A DNA stretch of 64,000 bases, from assembly GCA_973895155.1 (NCBI GenBank), contig OZ316897.1, forward strand, positions 9,757,832 through 9,821,831, given 5' to 3'. Each line of letters begins with the position of its first letter. Position 1 is the stretch's first letter. Position numbers and translations under genes: made by a program. Below, in pieces: positions 1-12,430 of this stretch. A model generated the notes under the pieces. It was not told the DNA's origin and made no database searches. It saw nothing but the letters and a program-made list of their open reading frames with translations. The stretch comes from Marsupella aquatica (lineage: Eukaryota > Plantae > Marchantiophyta).

Positions 1-94
1 TCCCGTTTCTTCGTGGAATCTTGGTACATTCACGAGGCTGCAAATTAATGATCTTGGTACATTCACGAGGGACCAAACGAATGTACACTCTACC

Positions 95-860
95 GTACAT
101 AAGTGCACCGTGTATAAGTGCATCCGTGGATAATTGTGTAGTCCTCTAATATCATAGCATTTTCTTTGTGAATGCACCAAAAAATGCACCTTTTGAAAGT
201 GCAAGTTTTACTTTATAAGTGTACTGAGAATGCCTCGTTTGTAAGTGCAAGTTTTTTATTGTAAAATGCACCAAAAACATGCACCTTTTGTAAGTGCCAG
301 TTTTTCTTGTAAGTGCACTAAGAAATGCATGTTTGTAAGTGCAGGTTTTTCTTTGTAAATGCACCAAAAAATGCACCATTTTTAAGTGCGTATTTTCCTT
401 CATAAGTGCACCAAAAAATGCACAGTTTGTAAGTGTAGGTGGGTTGTCACTAAAAACAAATTGTATAGGTGCAGTTCTGTCCCGGGTTCTGTCTATAAGA
501 GTGCACACACATTTTATCAATTCCTATAATTGCACACGTTAGAAGCTTTTATTGATAAGTGCAGTGGACAACTATACACAGTACTTTTGTGCACTTTTCT
601 TGTTGAATCATGCACTCTCTGGGTTTGGGATGTGAGGAGTGGGATGTGTATGACCTGATAATACATATGCGAAAGTGCATAAGCTATTTCACATTCACTT
701 ACTTTTATTGATAAGTGCAGGGGACAACTACAGACAATAGTTTTGTGCACTTTTCCAGTTGAATCGTGCACTGTGAGGGGTTGGGAGGAGACCAATGTGT
801 ATGACCTGACAAGACATAAGAGGAAATGCATAAGCTATTTCACATACACTTATTCAAGAG
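95..860. repeat. Degenerate (AA)GTGCA/TGCAC-rich repeat array; related sequence flanks the copia insertion site (about 1410-1522 and 47529-47690)
   Basis: Many AAGTGCA/ATGCACC motifs; ~160-bp units at about 540-840 whose sequence resumes right after the 3' TSD. Confidence 0.7.
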
Positions 861-1522
861 TGCAGCATGCACGTATGGAGAAATGTGTTGTCCTGGGAGC
901 TTAGTGGTAGCTCTACTGCTCTTTGAATCCGCTCAATAAAAAACATTGACGTAATTTGAGGGTTTATTTTCCAAATATTTTGGGATTGAGGAAGTCATGT
1001 GAGGTAATGTACCCATGACCTGGATGGGGTTAGAGCATCCGCACTGGTTTCCTAGCTGCCGACCGGTAAACAGCCCTTCAAGGACACAAAAGCAGGCTAA
1101 GATGGTTGAGCCATCCCAAACAAAAAAGTGGTATGCACCAGTGGTTGCCATTGGGGCATGCTCTTGTCACTAAGCACACCATGGTTGGAGCTTGTACTGT
1201 GGAAAGTACTGAGGAATAGTAAAGTTGGTGCCTCATTTGCTCATGTCGCATAGAGACAAGGGTTGATGTATTTACCAATCCTGGGCAAAATCTTTTTCTA
1301 GTCCTGCAGAAATGCTTGATTTGGCAGCCTGCATTTCCTCTGGGAAAAATACAGCAATAGCAAGAACCGGTGCAAGCAGAAAAAATGTTGATGCTCCTGG
1401 AAAATGAATGCACAAGTGCATTGCTGTCTATAAGAGTGAACATGTATTCATCAATTTACTGCTTCAAATACATTAGGAGCATTTATTGAAAAGTGCTACA
1501 AACAACTACACATAGTAGTTTC

Positions 1523-1867
1523 TGTTAGATATTGCTCTAGTCTTGTGACTCACGAGCTAACCTCAGTTAGTTTAACTCGGGTTAGGACTTAGCTAATGTT
1601 AGCAGTAGTGTTGTTGTGTATTAAGCCAGGGCTGGTACCAGACCCTGGGTGGAACTTAGGCTCATTGTTACGGAGCTAGTTGAGAGATAGGGAGAGCTTG
1701 TGCTGTGGGTGCTTGGTATGGCCGTTCGGCCTAGAGTGCAGTAAAACTCTTGTGTGTTCCCGTGGACGTAGCCTCATGTGGAGGTGAACCACGTATCTCT
1801 CTATGTCGACTCTTGTGCATTGGATGGTTCATGGGCTTGCAGTTGCGAATGTCGTCTATGCTCAACA
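1523..1867 (+). repeat. 5' LTR of copia (345 bp)
   Basis: TGTTAGATATTG...CTCAACA; about 18 substitutions plus one 2-bp indel versus the 3' LTR (counted by eye). Confidence 0.97.
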
Positions 1868-1869
1868 AG

Positions 1870-1881
1870 TGGTATCAGAGC
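1870..1881 (+). promoter_or_regulatory. Primer-binding site (initiator tRNA-Met)
   Basis: TGGTATCAGAGC, 2 bp after the 5' LTR; canonical plant tRNAiMet PBS. Confidence 0.95.
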
Positions 1882-3740
1882 ATGCCTGGGAGGTGACAAG
1901 GTTTTTTCGTGACGGGTTTTTTCCAGCGTTCAGAGTCGATGGTACATTCAAAGTTTCGTCGCATGAAACTCGAATGTGTGTGGCTAAGCAGATAGGTTAG
2001 TGAGAGGGCTTTCTAATGGTGGTTAGGACTCGCTAATCGGTATTCGTGGTGCGGAGGAATCGAAGTTTGCGTCGTTCAGGGTTTATTCGTATTCGACGGT
2101 ATTTCGGGGGAGAGACCAGAGTTGCATTTTTTCAACGGTGTGAGCTGTCCGGTGCATGAGGGATTGCACATTATAGCTCAAGTTGAAGGTTGAAGCGAGC
2201 TGGTCGTTTCGGTAGCTGGATTGCTGCCGAGTTGTTATCGAGTGCGACATGACGAGTGAAGGAGGAGTTCAAGTTTTTTCACAAGCTATGGAGCTTGTTC
2301 TCATTTGAACCGGGTTTCTCTTTGTGACGTCCGACTCGGTGGAAGAAACGTGAAGTGCTACGGCTCAACGGTTTGATCGCGGAGAGGCGGTCGTTTTGAG
2401 CCCGGGATTGGCACTTGACGCGGAGTGAAGGCGCGGTGGAATTTTTTAACTCTGCTGGAGCTGCAGACTGTGCTGGTGCAATTCGGCAACATTTCCCGTC
2501 GGCGGCAATCTTTTTACTCATCAGAAACGGTGGCATATAGGTGAGTAACTAATTCACTTTTTCCCGGGGGAGTTTTTGGCATTTTAAAGGGGTTATTTGG
2601 GGCCCCTTTTGTGTATACACAAGGTGTATACACCCACCTCGTACCCGCCCCCCCCCCCGTGACCCCATTCGTATCCCCCACTCCCACACCCCATTTTTAC
2701 GGCGGGGTCCGTAGTGCCGGTCAGCGCGCGCCCCGCAGTCTTCCCTCCCTCGTCGAGGGGGGGGACTCCCTCCGCCGAACCTACCTTAAGGCCCCTTTGG
2801 CTGGTTCCCCGTTAAGGCCGGCCTTGCCTTTGCCCTCCCTTACGCGGCCCTTCGCGCCTCCTGCGCCCTGCCTCGCCACCTGCCGGTCGCCCTTGCCCTG
2901 CCCTGCTCGCCGGCCCTTTTTCTGTTTCTTGGCCCGGCCATATTCAGGTGTACGCGGCTGCATACGCAGCCACCCGGTACAGGCAAGGGCGTACCCCCGA
3001 CCCCATACGGGGGTATTTTCTATTTAAAGGGCGTTTGGACCCCCCAAAGGGCCCTGTTTTTTTCCTGTTTTTTCTTCTTCCTTTGTTTCCTCTTGTGTGG
3101 GACCTGCCGCCCTCCTTTTTAACTGCTCTGACAAGGGGAACGGCCCCCTGTGAGACCTGTAGGACTGTGCGGGAATATTCCCAAAAAATAGAGACCTGTT
3201 TTCCGGCCGTCCGGCAAAGATTCTGTCCGCCGAACGGTAATTTTTTTGGTTCTTTTTTGGCAAGCTCATAGCCACTGAAGTTGGCAACGCGGCGCACCAA
3301 TCACATCGCGATTCCGACGATGGGTTGTACTTGGTATTTTGGTTATTCCTTGAGGTGGTCAAAACGGGGGAGTTTCCCAAGGTTTTACCCACCCCGACCA
3401 AAATTTGAATAACTTTTCCGTCGAATTTTGATTTTGATTTCGGCTTTCAGTATTGGACTCCTAGCTTTGTGGGCTACGTGGCGGTGTTGAGTTTTGAGTT
3501 TTATGAGAAGTTTTGAAAAAAGATGTTTTTTCGTGATTGTTCCATATGAGTGACTTGGAGGATACTGGAAGAATTGGCGTCGGTGAAGCTTTAGGATCGC
3601 GACGGTTAGATGGAGAGTCTGAGGAGGAGCTGCTACCATTTGAGGAAGAACTTGTGTCACCGGTACGATCACCGGTGCGGCGTGCAGTGGAGGAAGCTGT
3701 ACTACTACCAAAGCTGTCGGTAGTTGGGAAGAAGAGGGAG

Positions 3741-5790
3741 ATGGCTAGATTTGGAGGAGTAAAGTTTGAGGTGGAGAAGTACGATGGTTGTACTAACTAC
3801 TTGTTGTGGGAGAAGCAAGTGAAGGGTGTTCTTTGAGCCATGGGCTTAGCTTATCTGCTCTCTTCGTGAGAGTAGTATGATGGAGAGGAGGAGATCTTAG
3901 AGAAGCAATGGAGACAGGAGCAGGTGATTGCTGTTAATGCAGTGATGCTTTATCTCAAGCCGCACATCATCAAGAAGTTGGATGATTATGTGGATTGCGC
4001 GTCACTGTTCAAGGCTCTTAGAGAGAAGTACTACCGGGAAGATGCGTCAGACCGGCTGTACAAGAAGTCTCTCTTGATGAGCCTCAGGCTCAAGGGAAGC
4101 AAGGAAGCTGCAAGATCACCTGGATGAGTTTAACAGTCTAGCGGTGGATCTATCAAACCTGGGTAAGGGAGTTGAAGATGAGGATAAGGCCTTGCTTCTG
4201 TTAAGCTCCTTACCGCTATCTTATTAGGGCTTGAAATAGGTGCTCTTGTACAGAGATCTAAAGTCCATTTCGTATAATGAGGTGGTGAGCTCGTTACTGT
4301 CTAATGATGCTCAGAAGAAGTTGGGTCAATCACAGACAGCATCTTCTTCTGGCACTGCACTGAACATGAACCGGGGAAGACCAACGCAACGCACGAATGG
4401 GCAGAACAGATTTAGATCTACATCACGGGGGAGATCTAAATCCAAAGGGAAATCGCAAGAGAGGAAGCCTCTTGCATGTTGGAGATGTGGCAAGCCTGGC
4501 CACATGAAAAGGGATTGTCGAGTAAAGGACCCTACTGCATCAGCTAACGTGGCATCAAGCTTGCATGAGGTAGATTTGCTCGATGATGATGACATATTGT
4601 CATGCCAAGGTTATGCTCTCAACGTAGTATCAAATCCAGGTAGTGATGACCGGATTCTAGATAGTGCATATACTTTTCACATTTGCTCCAAGAGAGATTT
4701 TTCAGTTCTTACACGGTTTCCAACGGGTCAGTGTTGATGGGCAATGGAATCCCATGTCAAGTAGTTGGACTTTGGATCTGTTAGATTTCAGATGTTTGAT
4801 GGTGCTGTGAGAATGTTGAGGAATGTACGGCATATTCCCAGCATGATGAAAAATCTCATTTCACTTGGAGTTTTAGAAGCAAATGGCCATCAATAGAGTT
4901 TTGCTAATGGTGTCCTTCAGGTTTCAACTAGTACTAAAGTTGTATTGAAGGGAAAGAGACATAATTATCTATACGTTTTGGAGGGCAGTGTAGTCTGTGA
5001 TGAAGCCAATGTAACCTTATCTCATGAGAAGATGGCCCGGCTGTGGCACTTCTGTTTGGGCCATATGAGTGAAAAAGGTTTGGTTATTCTTCAGAAAAAA
5101 AGGATTACTTTCTAATTTGCAATCTTGTAAGTTGGAATTTTGTGAGCATTGTGTGCTTGGGAAGCAGCACAGGAAATGCTTCGGAGTTGGAACTCACACC
5201 AGCAAGGAGGTACTTGAGTATGTACATAGTGATGTGTGGGGTCCAGCCCCCACTCCCTCATATTCTGGATGGTTATACTATATCACGTTCGTAGATGATT
5301 ACTCAAGGTATGTGTGGATATACTTTCTACACAGTAAATCTGATGTTTTTGCCACTTTTAAGGAGTGAAAAGCCCAAGTTGAGAATCAAACTGGTAATAA
5401 GGTGAGATATCTTTGATCGAATAATGGCGGTGAATATAGTTCCGGGGAATTTGGAACGTATTGTAAGGAACAGGGGATTACCCGCTATCTCACAACAAGT
5501 TATACTCCTCAGCAGAATGGTATTTCTGAGAGAATCAACCAAACACTATTGGACCGTTCGAGGAGTATGTTGAGTCAATCATGTTTACCACATGAGTTTT
5601 GGGCTGAAGCTGTCAACACTGTAGCTTATTTGGTAAATTTTTCTCCATCCAGTTCTATTGGATTCAAAATGTCATTTGAAATGAGGTACAGGCGTCCAGC
5701 AGATTACTCACATCTGAAGATTTTTGGATGTGATGCTTATGTGCTTACACCTTCCTAGCTTCGATCCAAGCTGGAGTCCAAGTCGAAGAA
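3741..5790 (+). pseudogene. Copia gag / protease / GAG-pre-integrase / integrase core, with stops and frameshifts
   Basis: KFEVEKYDG..NYLLW (gag N-terminus), CWRCGKPGHMKRDC zinc knuckle, ILDSA protease, LWH..LGHM and CEHC zinc finger, VHSDVWGP...FVDDYSR...PQQNG integrase core. Confidence 0.93.
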
Positions 5791-5809
5791 CACTAGAAGA
5801 AAACAGGGC

Positions 5810-6570
5810 CCTTTATGACCAATCACCCAATGACGGAGATGAATAAATGACCAAAATTTCTAATGACACAAAAAGAATGACAGGGGAATGACTGTCCACA
5901 ATGACCAATAGACCAAAATGACAAAATGTTAACTTTTGCATCATTTTGTATAATGTCTGTAATGACTTATGTGACCAAAATGACCCAATTTCCTTAAATG
6001 GTCAATTTAGATACATGTCCTAAATGACGCAAATAATAACAACAATGATAAATCAATGTTAAGCAACATTATAGTCACTTTGGACAACGATGATAAATGA
6101 CAAAAAATGTATTACCGTCATTTTAACCAACCGTGTTAAATGACGGTAATATAGGGTCAATCTGAAAATGAGAATATATCAGTGTTTACAACAATATATT
6201 GTCATTATGGATTTCTCCCATAAATGACTAACTCTAGGGTCAATCTTGAAATTAGGACATATCAATGTTTACAAGAACATACCGTCATTATGGACTTCTC
6301 TCATAAATGACTAACTCCAGAGTCAATCTTGAAATTATGATATATCAGTGTTTACAAGAACATACCGTCATTATGGACTTCTCTCATAAATGACTAACTC
6401 CAGAGTCAATCTTGAAATTATGATATATCGGTGTTTACAACAACATACTGTCATTATGGACTTATTGCATAAATGACTACTTATAGAGTCATTAAAGAAC
6501 CCAAGAGATATGAAGATTAAAATACTCAATAGTCATTCCAGACACCGGTCATAATTGTAGAGTCATTGAT
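5810..6570. repeat. Left subterminal AATGAC/GTCATT motif cluster, including four copies of an 83-bp tandem repeat (about 6155-6485)
   Basis: Dozens of (A)ATGAC/GTCAT(T) motifs in both orientations; RTGTTTACA anchors at about 6181, 6264, 6347 and 6430. Confidence 0.88.
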
Positions 6571-6579
6571 ATAGTTGAT

Positions 6580-9500
6580 AACCCTTCCACTAAGTGCGGG
6601 ACACAATAGTCATCATTGTCCTCCCATTGGTTGCGGCATTAGCAATTTGAACACATGTCTTGCATTTACTTTAGGCATGATGCACCTAGCTTTGGGGAAA
6701 TCACTCCCAAGTCATACACCTTTGGAGTGATTTTCCAGAAGTGTCACCATATATAGATGCACGCATACTATCGTATCCAAAGGCAAATGAAACATTTTTG
6801 TCTCTCCAAGAAGTAGGGCAATACCAATGGAAGGTTGTCATCCTTTGTTGTAATTGTGTCATGTTTGTGCCGGTGTTTGGATAGGGAATATTTTAATTTG
6901 CAAATAAATAGTGATGGGGCATTCAAGGAGCTAGTGTAATCTTTATTGGGTCATTTCAAAAAAATATTTGCATCACAAATACCAATGACTACAAGTAGGG
7001 TCATTAAATTTGTCATATGGACTGTCATATAAGTCAAGTGACTGGACTTGTGGTCATTTGTGTGGTCCCTCATGCAGTCATTAAACACAAGCACAAATGA
7101 CCAGTTTGGGGCTAGGGGCTGGAGGTGGGCCCTAGAGTGCCATGGGCCCCCACATAGAGGTTAGAACCCCTCCACTGGGTGTGGGACACTATACTCATCA
7201 TTGTCCAACCACTAGTTGCGACATAAACACTTTGGACACATGTTTTTGCGTTTACTTAAGGCATGATGCACCTTTGGGGAAATCACTCCCAAGTCGTACG
7301 ACTTTGGAGTGATTTGCCAAAAGTGTCACCATGCATGCATACCATCACACCCAAAGGCAAATAAAAGTTGTTTTTTGGTTCTCCAAGAGGTAGTGCTGCA
7401 CCAATTGAATGGGCAGGGGAGTTGTGCTTCTCAGTATGGTGTGGGTGTGGGATTAGGGAAGAGGAATATTCCAATCTTGTAAGGAATCTAAAGCTGGCTC
7501 TCTTTGGAGGTACTAGGGCCTTTATTGGGTCATATGTGAGCAATGGCCCATCATTAATACCAATGACTAAAAGTAGGGTCATTAAAACTGTCATATAGAG
7601 AGTCATATCAGTCTAATGACTGGATTTGTGGTCATTTGAGGGGTCCCTCATGCAATAATTAAGGAAAAGCACAAATGACCAGTTTGGGGCTAGGGGCTGG
7701 AGGTGGGCCCTAAAGTGCCATGTGGCACCACATAGAGCTCGCAACCCCTCCACTAGGTGTCAAATACTATAATTACTATTCTCCAACCACTAGTTGCACC
7801 ATTAGCAGTTTGGAGCCATGTTTTTGTGTTTACTTAAGGGATGATATAATCTTGGGGAAATCACTCCCAAGTCATACGACTTTGGAGTGATTTGCCAAAA
7901 GTGTCACCATTGATGCATACCGTCCTATCTAAAAGGAAATGAAGCCATTTTTTTTGTCTCTGCAAGAAGTAGTGCAAGGCTGTTGTCCTTCCATGTAATT
8001 GTGTCATGTTTGTGCCGGTGTTTGGATGGGGAATATTCTATTTTGCAAATGAATAGTGACGGGGCACTCAAGAAGGTAGTGTAATCTTCATTGACTCGTT
8101 TCTGAAAAAATTGGTGTCATAAATACCAATGACTACAAGTAGGGTCATTAAATCTGTCATATGGGCTATCACATAAGTCAAATGACTGGATTTGTGGTCA
8201 TTTGAGGGGTCCTTTGTGCAATCATTAAGCAGAAGCACAAATGACCAGTTTGGGGTTAGGGGCTGGAGGTGGGCCCTAGAGTGCCATGGGGCCCCACATA
8301 GAGGTGAGAACCCCTCCACTAGTTGCAGGACACTATACTCATCATTGTCCAACCACTAGTTGTGCCATGAACACTTTGGACACATGTTTTTGCGTTTACT
8401 TAAGGCATGATGCACCTTGGGGAAATCACTCCCAAGTCATACAACTTTGGAGTGATTTGCCAAAAGTGTCACCATGGATGCATACCACCGTATCCAAGCG
8501 CAAATTAAGCCATTTTTTGTCTCTCCAAGAAGTAGCACAACACCAATGGAAGGTTGTCATCTTGTGATGTAATTGTGTCATGTTTGTGCCGGTGTTTGGA
8601 TGGGGAATACTCCATTTTGCATATGAATAGTGTTGGGGCATTGTGAGTAGGTGTTATAATCTTCATTGGGTCATTTTGGAGGAATAGTGTGTCATAATGC
8701 CAAAGACTGCAGTAAGGGTCATTTTTGCAGTCATTTTGGAAGTCATTTGTGCACAATGACTGCATATGGGGTCATTATAGAGGTCCCTCATGGTGTCATT
8801 ATGGACCATCAAAAATGACTATTTTGAGTCTAGGAGCTTAAGGTGGCCCTAGTGTGCCATGGGGCCCTACATGAAGGTGGCAACCTCTCCACTAGGTGCA
8901 GGGTACTATACCCACTATTCTCCAACCACTAGTTGCACCATGAACACTTTGGAGCCATGTTTTTGCATTTTGTTAAGGCATGATGGAACCTTGGGGAAAT
9001 TACTCCCAAGGCATATGGCTTTGGAGTGATTTGCCAAAAGTGTCACCATGGATGTATACCACCACATTCAAAGTTAAATAATAGTTGATTTCTTGTTCTC
9101 TAAGAGTAAGCGCAAAACCAGTGGAAAGTTGTTGTCCTTCGATTTAACTATGTCATGTTTGTGCTGGCGTTTGGGTGAGGAATATTCTATTAAATTGCTA
9201 AGGATTTACCAGGGGCCACTCCGATAGGTAGTGTAATCTTCACCGGGTCATTTTGGAGGAATGGTGTGTCATTAAAGCCAATGACTACCATATGGGTCAT
9301 TTTGGCAGTCATTTGGACCAAATGACTACATACCTGGTCATTACAGAGGTCCCTCATGGTGGTCATTAGGGACCAACCTAAATGACCAGTTTGGGGATAA
9401 GGGCTGGAAGTGGGCCCTAGACTGCCATGGGGCCCTACATGGAGCTGGCAACCTTTCCAATAGGTGCGGGACACTATACTTACTATTCTTCAACCACTAG

Positions 9501-11100
9501 TTGCACCATGAGCACTTTGGAGCCATGTTTTCGCAATTACTTAAGGGATGATGCAACCTTGGGGAAATCACTCTCAAGTCATACAACATTGGAGTGATTT
9601 TCCAAAAGCACCATCATGGATGAATATGTTATGTTCCAAAGGCAAATGGAGCCATTTGTTTGTTCCTAGCCTCCAAGAGGTAGTGCAACACCAATGGAAT
9701 GGGCGTGGTAGTGGTGCTTCCCTCTATGGTGTGTGTGCTGGTTAAAGGTATAGGAATATTCTATTTTTGCAATGAACCTAGAGTGGGCTCTCTCGGGAGG
9801 TACTAGGACCTTCATTGGGTCATTTTTGCACAAAGTTGTGTCATAAGTTCCAATGACCACAAATAGGGTCATTACATATGTCATATGGACTGTCACATAA
9901 GTCAAATGACTGGATTTGTGGTCATTTGAGGTGTCCCTAGTGCAGTCATTGAAGACAAGCATAAATGACCAATTTGGGGCTAAGGGCTGAAGGTGGGCCC
10001 TAGAGTGCCATGTGGCCCACATAGAGCTCGCAACCCCTCCACCAGGGTATTTTCTATTAAATTGCAAAGGAATTGTAAGGGGGCACTCCTAGAAGGGGCG
10101 ACGACTGTTGAGGGGATCTGATAGAAAGTTTTTGAGGCATCCTCTGATTGATAATGAGGTTGTTCGTGCCTCAAGATTTGTAGATGAGGAGGCTGAATCA
10201 ACATCGAGATTTGAGAGTAGTGAAGTATCTACTAGCGAGGAAAGCACAGAGAATTCAAGTTCCGATAGTTCTATTGATGTTTAGTCATGATTAGATGACT
10301 ATTGATTTTGTCCAAATCTTCTTGATATTTCCTCATCCTTGTGGATAAATATCACTTTAGAAAGAAGTGGTACTTTTAATGTATTTGAGAATGGAAAATT
10401 AGTTATGTATCATCTCAAGTCATCTCAATAAAATACTATTGGTACTATTTTGGTTCATAGGGTTTTGGATATGATAGAACAATTTTTGCTAGCGAGGTTT
10501 GCTAGCAACTTTCATGATGGATTGAATAATTGATATTAGTTTTTTTCTGCCAAATAATGAAGTTAAATGTGAGGTTTTGCTTCGCTAGCAATGGCTCTGT
10601 CTCGCTATCAGTATGTGTTTTTCCTATCTGCTTTCTCCTTTTTACTAACATTGTTAAAAGCCCCCTATATAACTATGTCATGTTTGTGCCGATATTTGGA
10701 TTTTGGATATATTCTATTAAATTCCAAAGGAATTGTAAGGGGGCACTCCGAGAGGTAGTATACTCTTCATTGGGTCATTTTCACATAATGTCTGTCATTA
10801 ATGCCAATGACTACAATAAGGGTCATCTTGGTAGTCATATTGGAGGTCATTTGGAGCAATTGACTGCATATGTGGTCATTAATGAAAACACCTCAAATTA
10901 GGGTAATCTTGGTTGTCATACTAGAGGTCTGAAAACCCTAAATGACTGGAAATGTGGTCTTTACAAAGGCTACTGGGGGGTTCTCTTTGGAGGTACAAGG
11001 GAGTTCATTGGGTCATTTGTGAATTAAATGGTGCTTCAATTTGAGGACTAAACATGGGGTCACTCACGCTGTCATATTGGAAGCCATTAATGTTGGCATA
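6580..11100. repeat. Internal tandem array of about 570-580-bp units (about 6 full plus partial copies) in the CACTA
   Basis: Anchor GGGAAATCACTCCCAAGTCATAC recurs at about 6695, 7277, 7855, 8420, 8995 and 9562; units carry many AATGAC/GTCATT motifs. Confidence 0.9.
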
Positions 11101-12079
11101 TTGGAGGTCCTATTAATTTTTTGTTACCCAACAACTAGTCGTATCCTTAGTCGCCCGCCATACATTGGGTCATTTAGGTGGGGCCCTCTTTAATTTGGAT
11201 ATACCACAACCTTCATTGGGTTATTTGCAAACCAATAATAATTCATTAGTTGCCACACAAATGTGATTTCTACAATTAGTCTAACCATAATTAAGAGTTA
11301 ATGCATAACAATATCCATGGCTTATGGTGGTCATATATAATACCAGATTGGTTGCACATAGGGAGTTGCAAGTTGGGCGAGAAGTTGGGAGGACATACAT
11401 TTAGGTACCAAAGGTAATGATGGGTGCATTGGGTGGAGTCTAAGTGTGGTCATACTCAGGTGTCCAAGGAAGGCATATGAGGCCCTAGCAAGGCCACAAG
11501 GGGCTCAACTTTTGTGACCAAAGCTTTCTGGTCACAAACGTATTTAGTTATGGTCTTAAAGTGGATTTAGTGTGAACCATATGTTGAGGTTGAGGTTATG
11601 CGGCAGCATGGTGAACTTGAAGTTGGAGTTTAACCCTAAGACTTAATCAAAGCATCTTCAAAGGTTACTATGTCCCCAAAGTTACTATGTGCAACGGGAC
11701 CTTTGGGAAGAGCACAAGTCGTGAAATGTAGGGTTTTTGTGGTTGATCTGCACTTTTTCTTCAGAGGAATGTGTAGTGGCGGTGGGCAATGTGCATGGAG
11801 TGCGGGGCGCATTGAGGTCAGTCACGCAGAGTTTAGGCAGCTGCCGTGGAGCGCGCACTCCATTTCTTCCCATATTGTATTAGGGTGCTGCGCTCGGTCG
11901 GGGGAGTAGGAAACCTTAGGGTCAGCCGGTAGGACGCGGGAGCTACAACCACAGAGGAGCTCCGATCCATTATAGTGTCGCGCAGCATTGCGGAGCATTG
12001 GGCGTTGCAGCTATAGGTCTCAGAAAGCTGCAAAGGGTGCCGACGTGCGATTGATGATAAGCACATTGTTGTGAGGATA

Positions 12080-12430
12080 CATTACATTACGAAGGAGCTG
12101 CAGGAGGTTACCTCAGCAAAGGGCGACGAGCTGTGACTGGTGATAACCTGCGGGTGATAAGCTGCGAGGAGTGGGAGGATACATTGGGAAGGAGGTGCGA
12201 GCTGTGACCGGGGATAAGCTCCCGATAGTATTGGAGCTGCGGGAGGTCACAACAGGCAAGAGGTCACATTGGTGGAGCTGTGGGAGGTCACATTGGCAGG
12301 AGCTGCGGGAGGTTATAGCGCACAGGAGCTACGGGAGCTGCGGGAGTTGCGGGAGCTGCAAGAGGTTACATCAGGGAGGAGTTGCAGGAGCTGTAGTTGG
12401 TGAGGAGCTATTGGTCAGTCAAGAGCTGGA
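12080..12430 (+). repeat. Short degenerate GAGCTG(C/T)G repeat cluster upstream of the CACTA coding region
   Basis: More than ten GAGCTG-like units visible. Confidence 0.6.

Noticed and set aside
90-142. Possible CACTA right end (TTGTGTAGTC) after GTGCA repeats
   Set aside because: The terminal base does not match TAGTG and the partner end would lie outside the window; cannot be supported.
6155-9700. CRISPR-like array (regularly spaced palindromic repeats)
   Set aside because: Eukaryotic context; the intervening sequences are themselves homologous repeat units rather than unique spacers; no cas genes.
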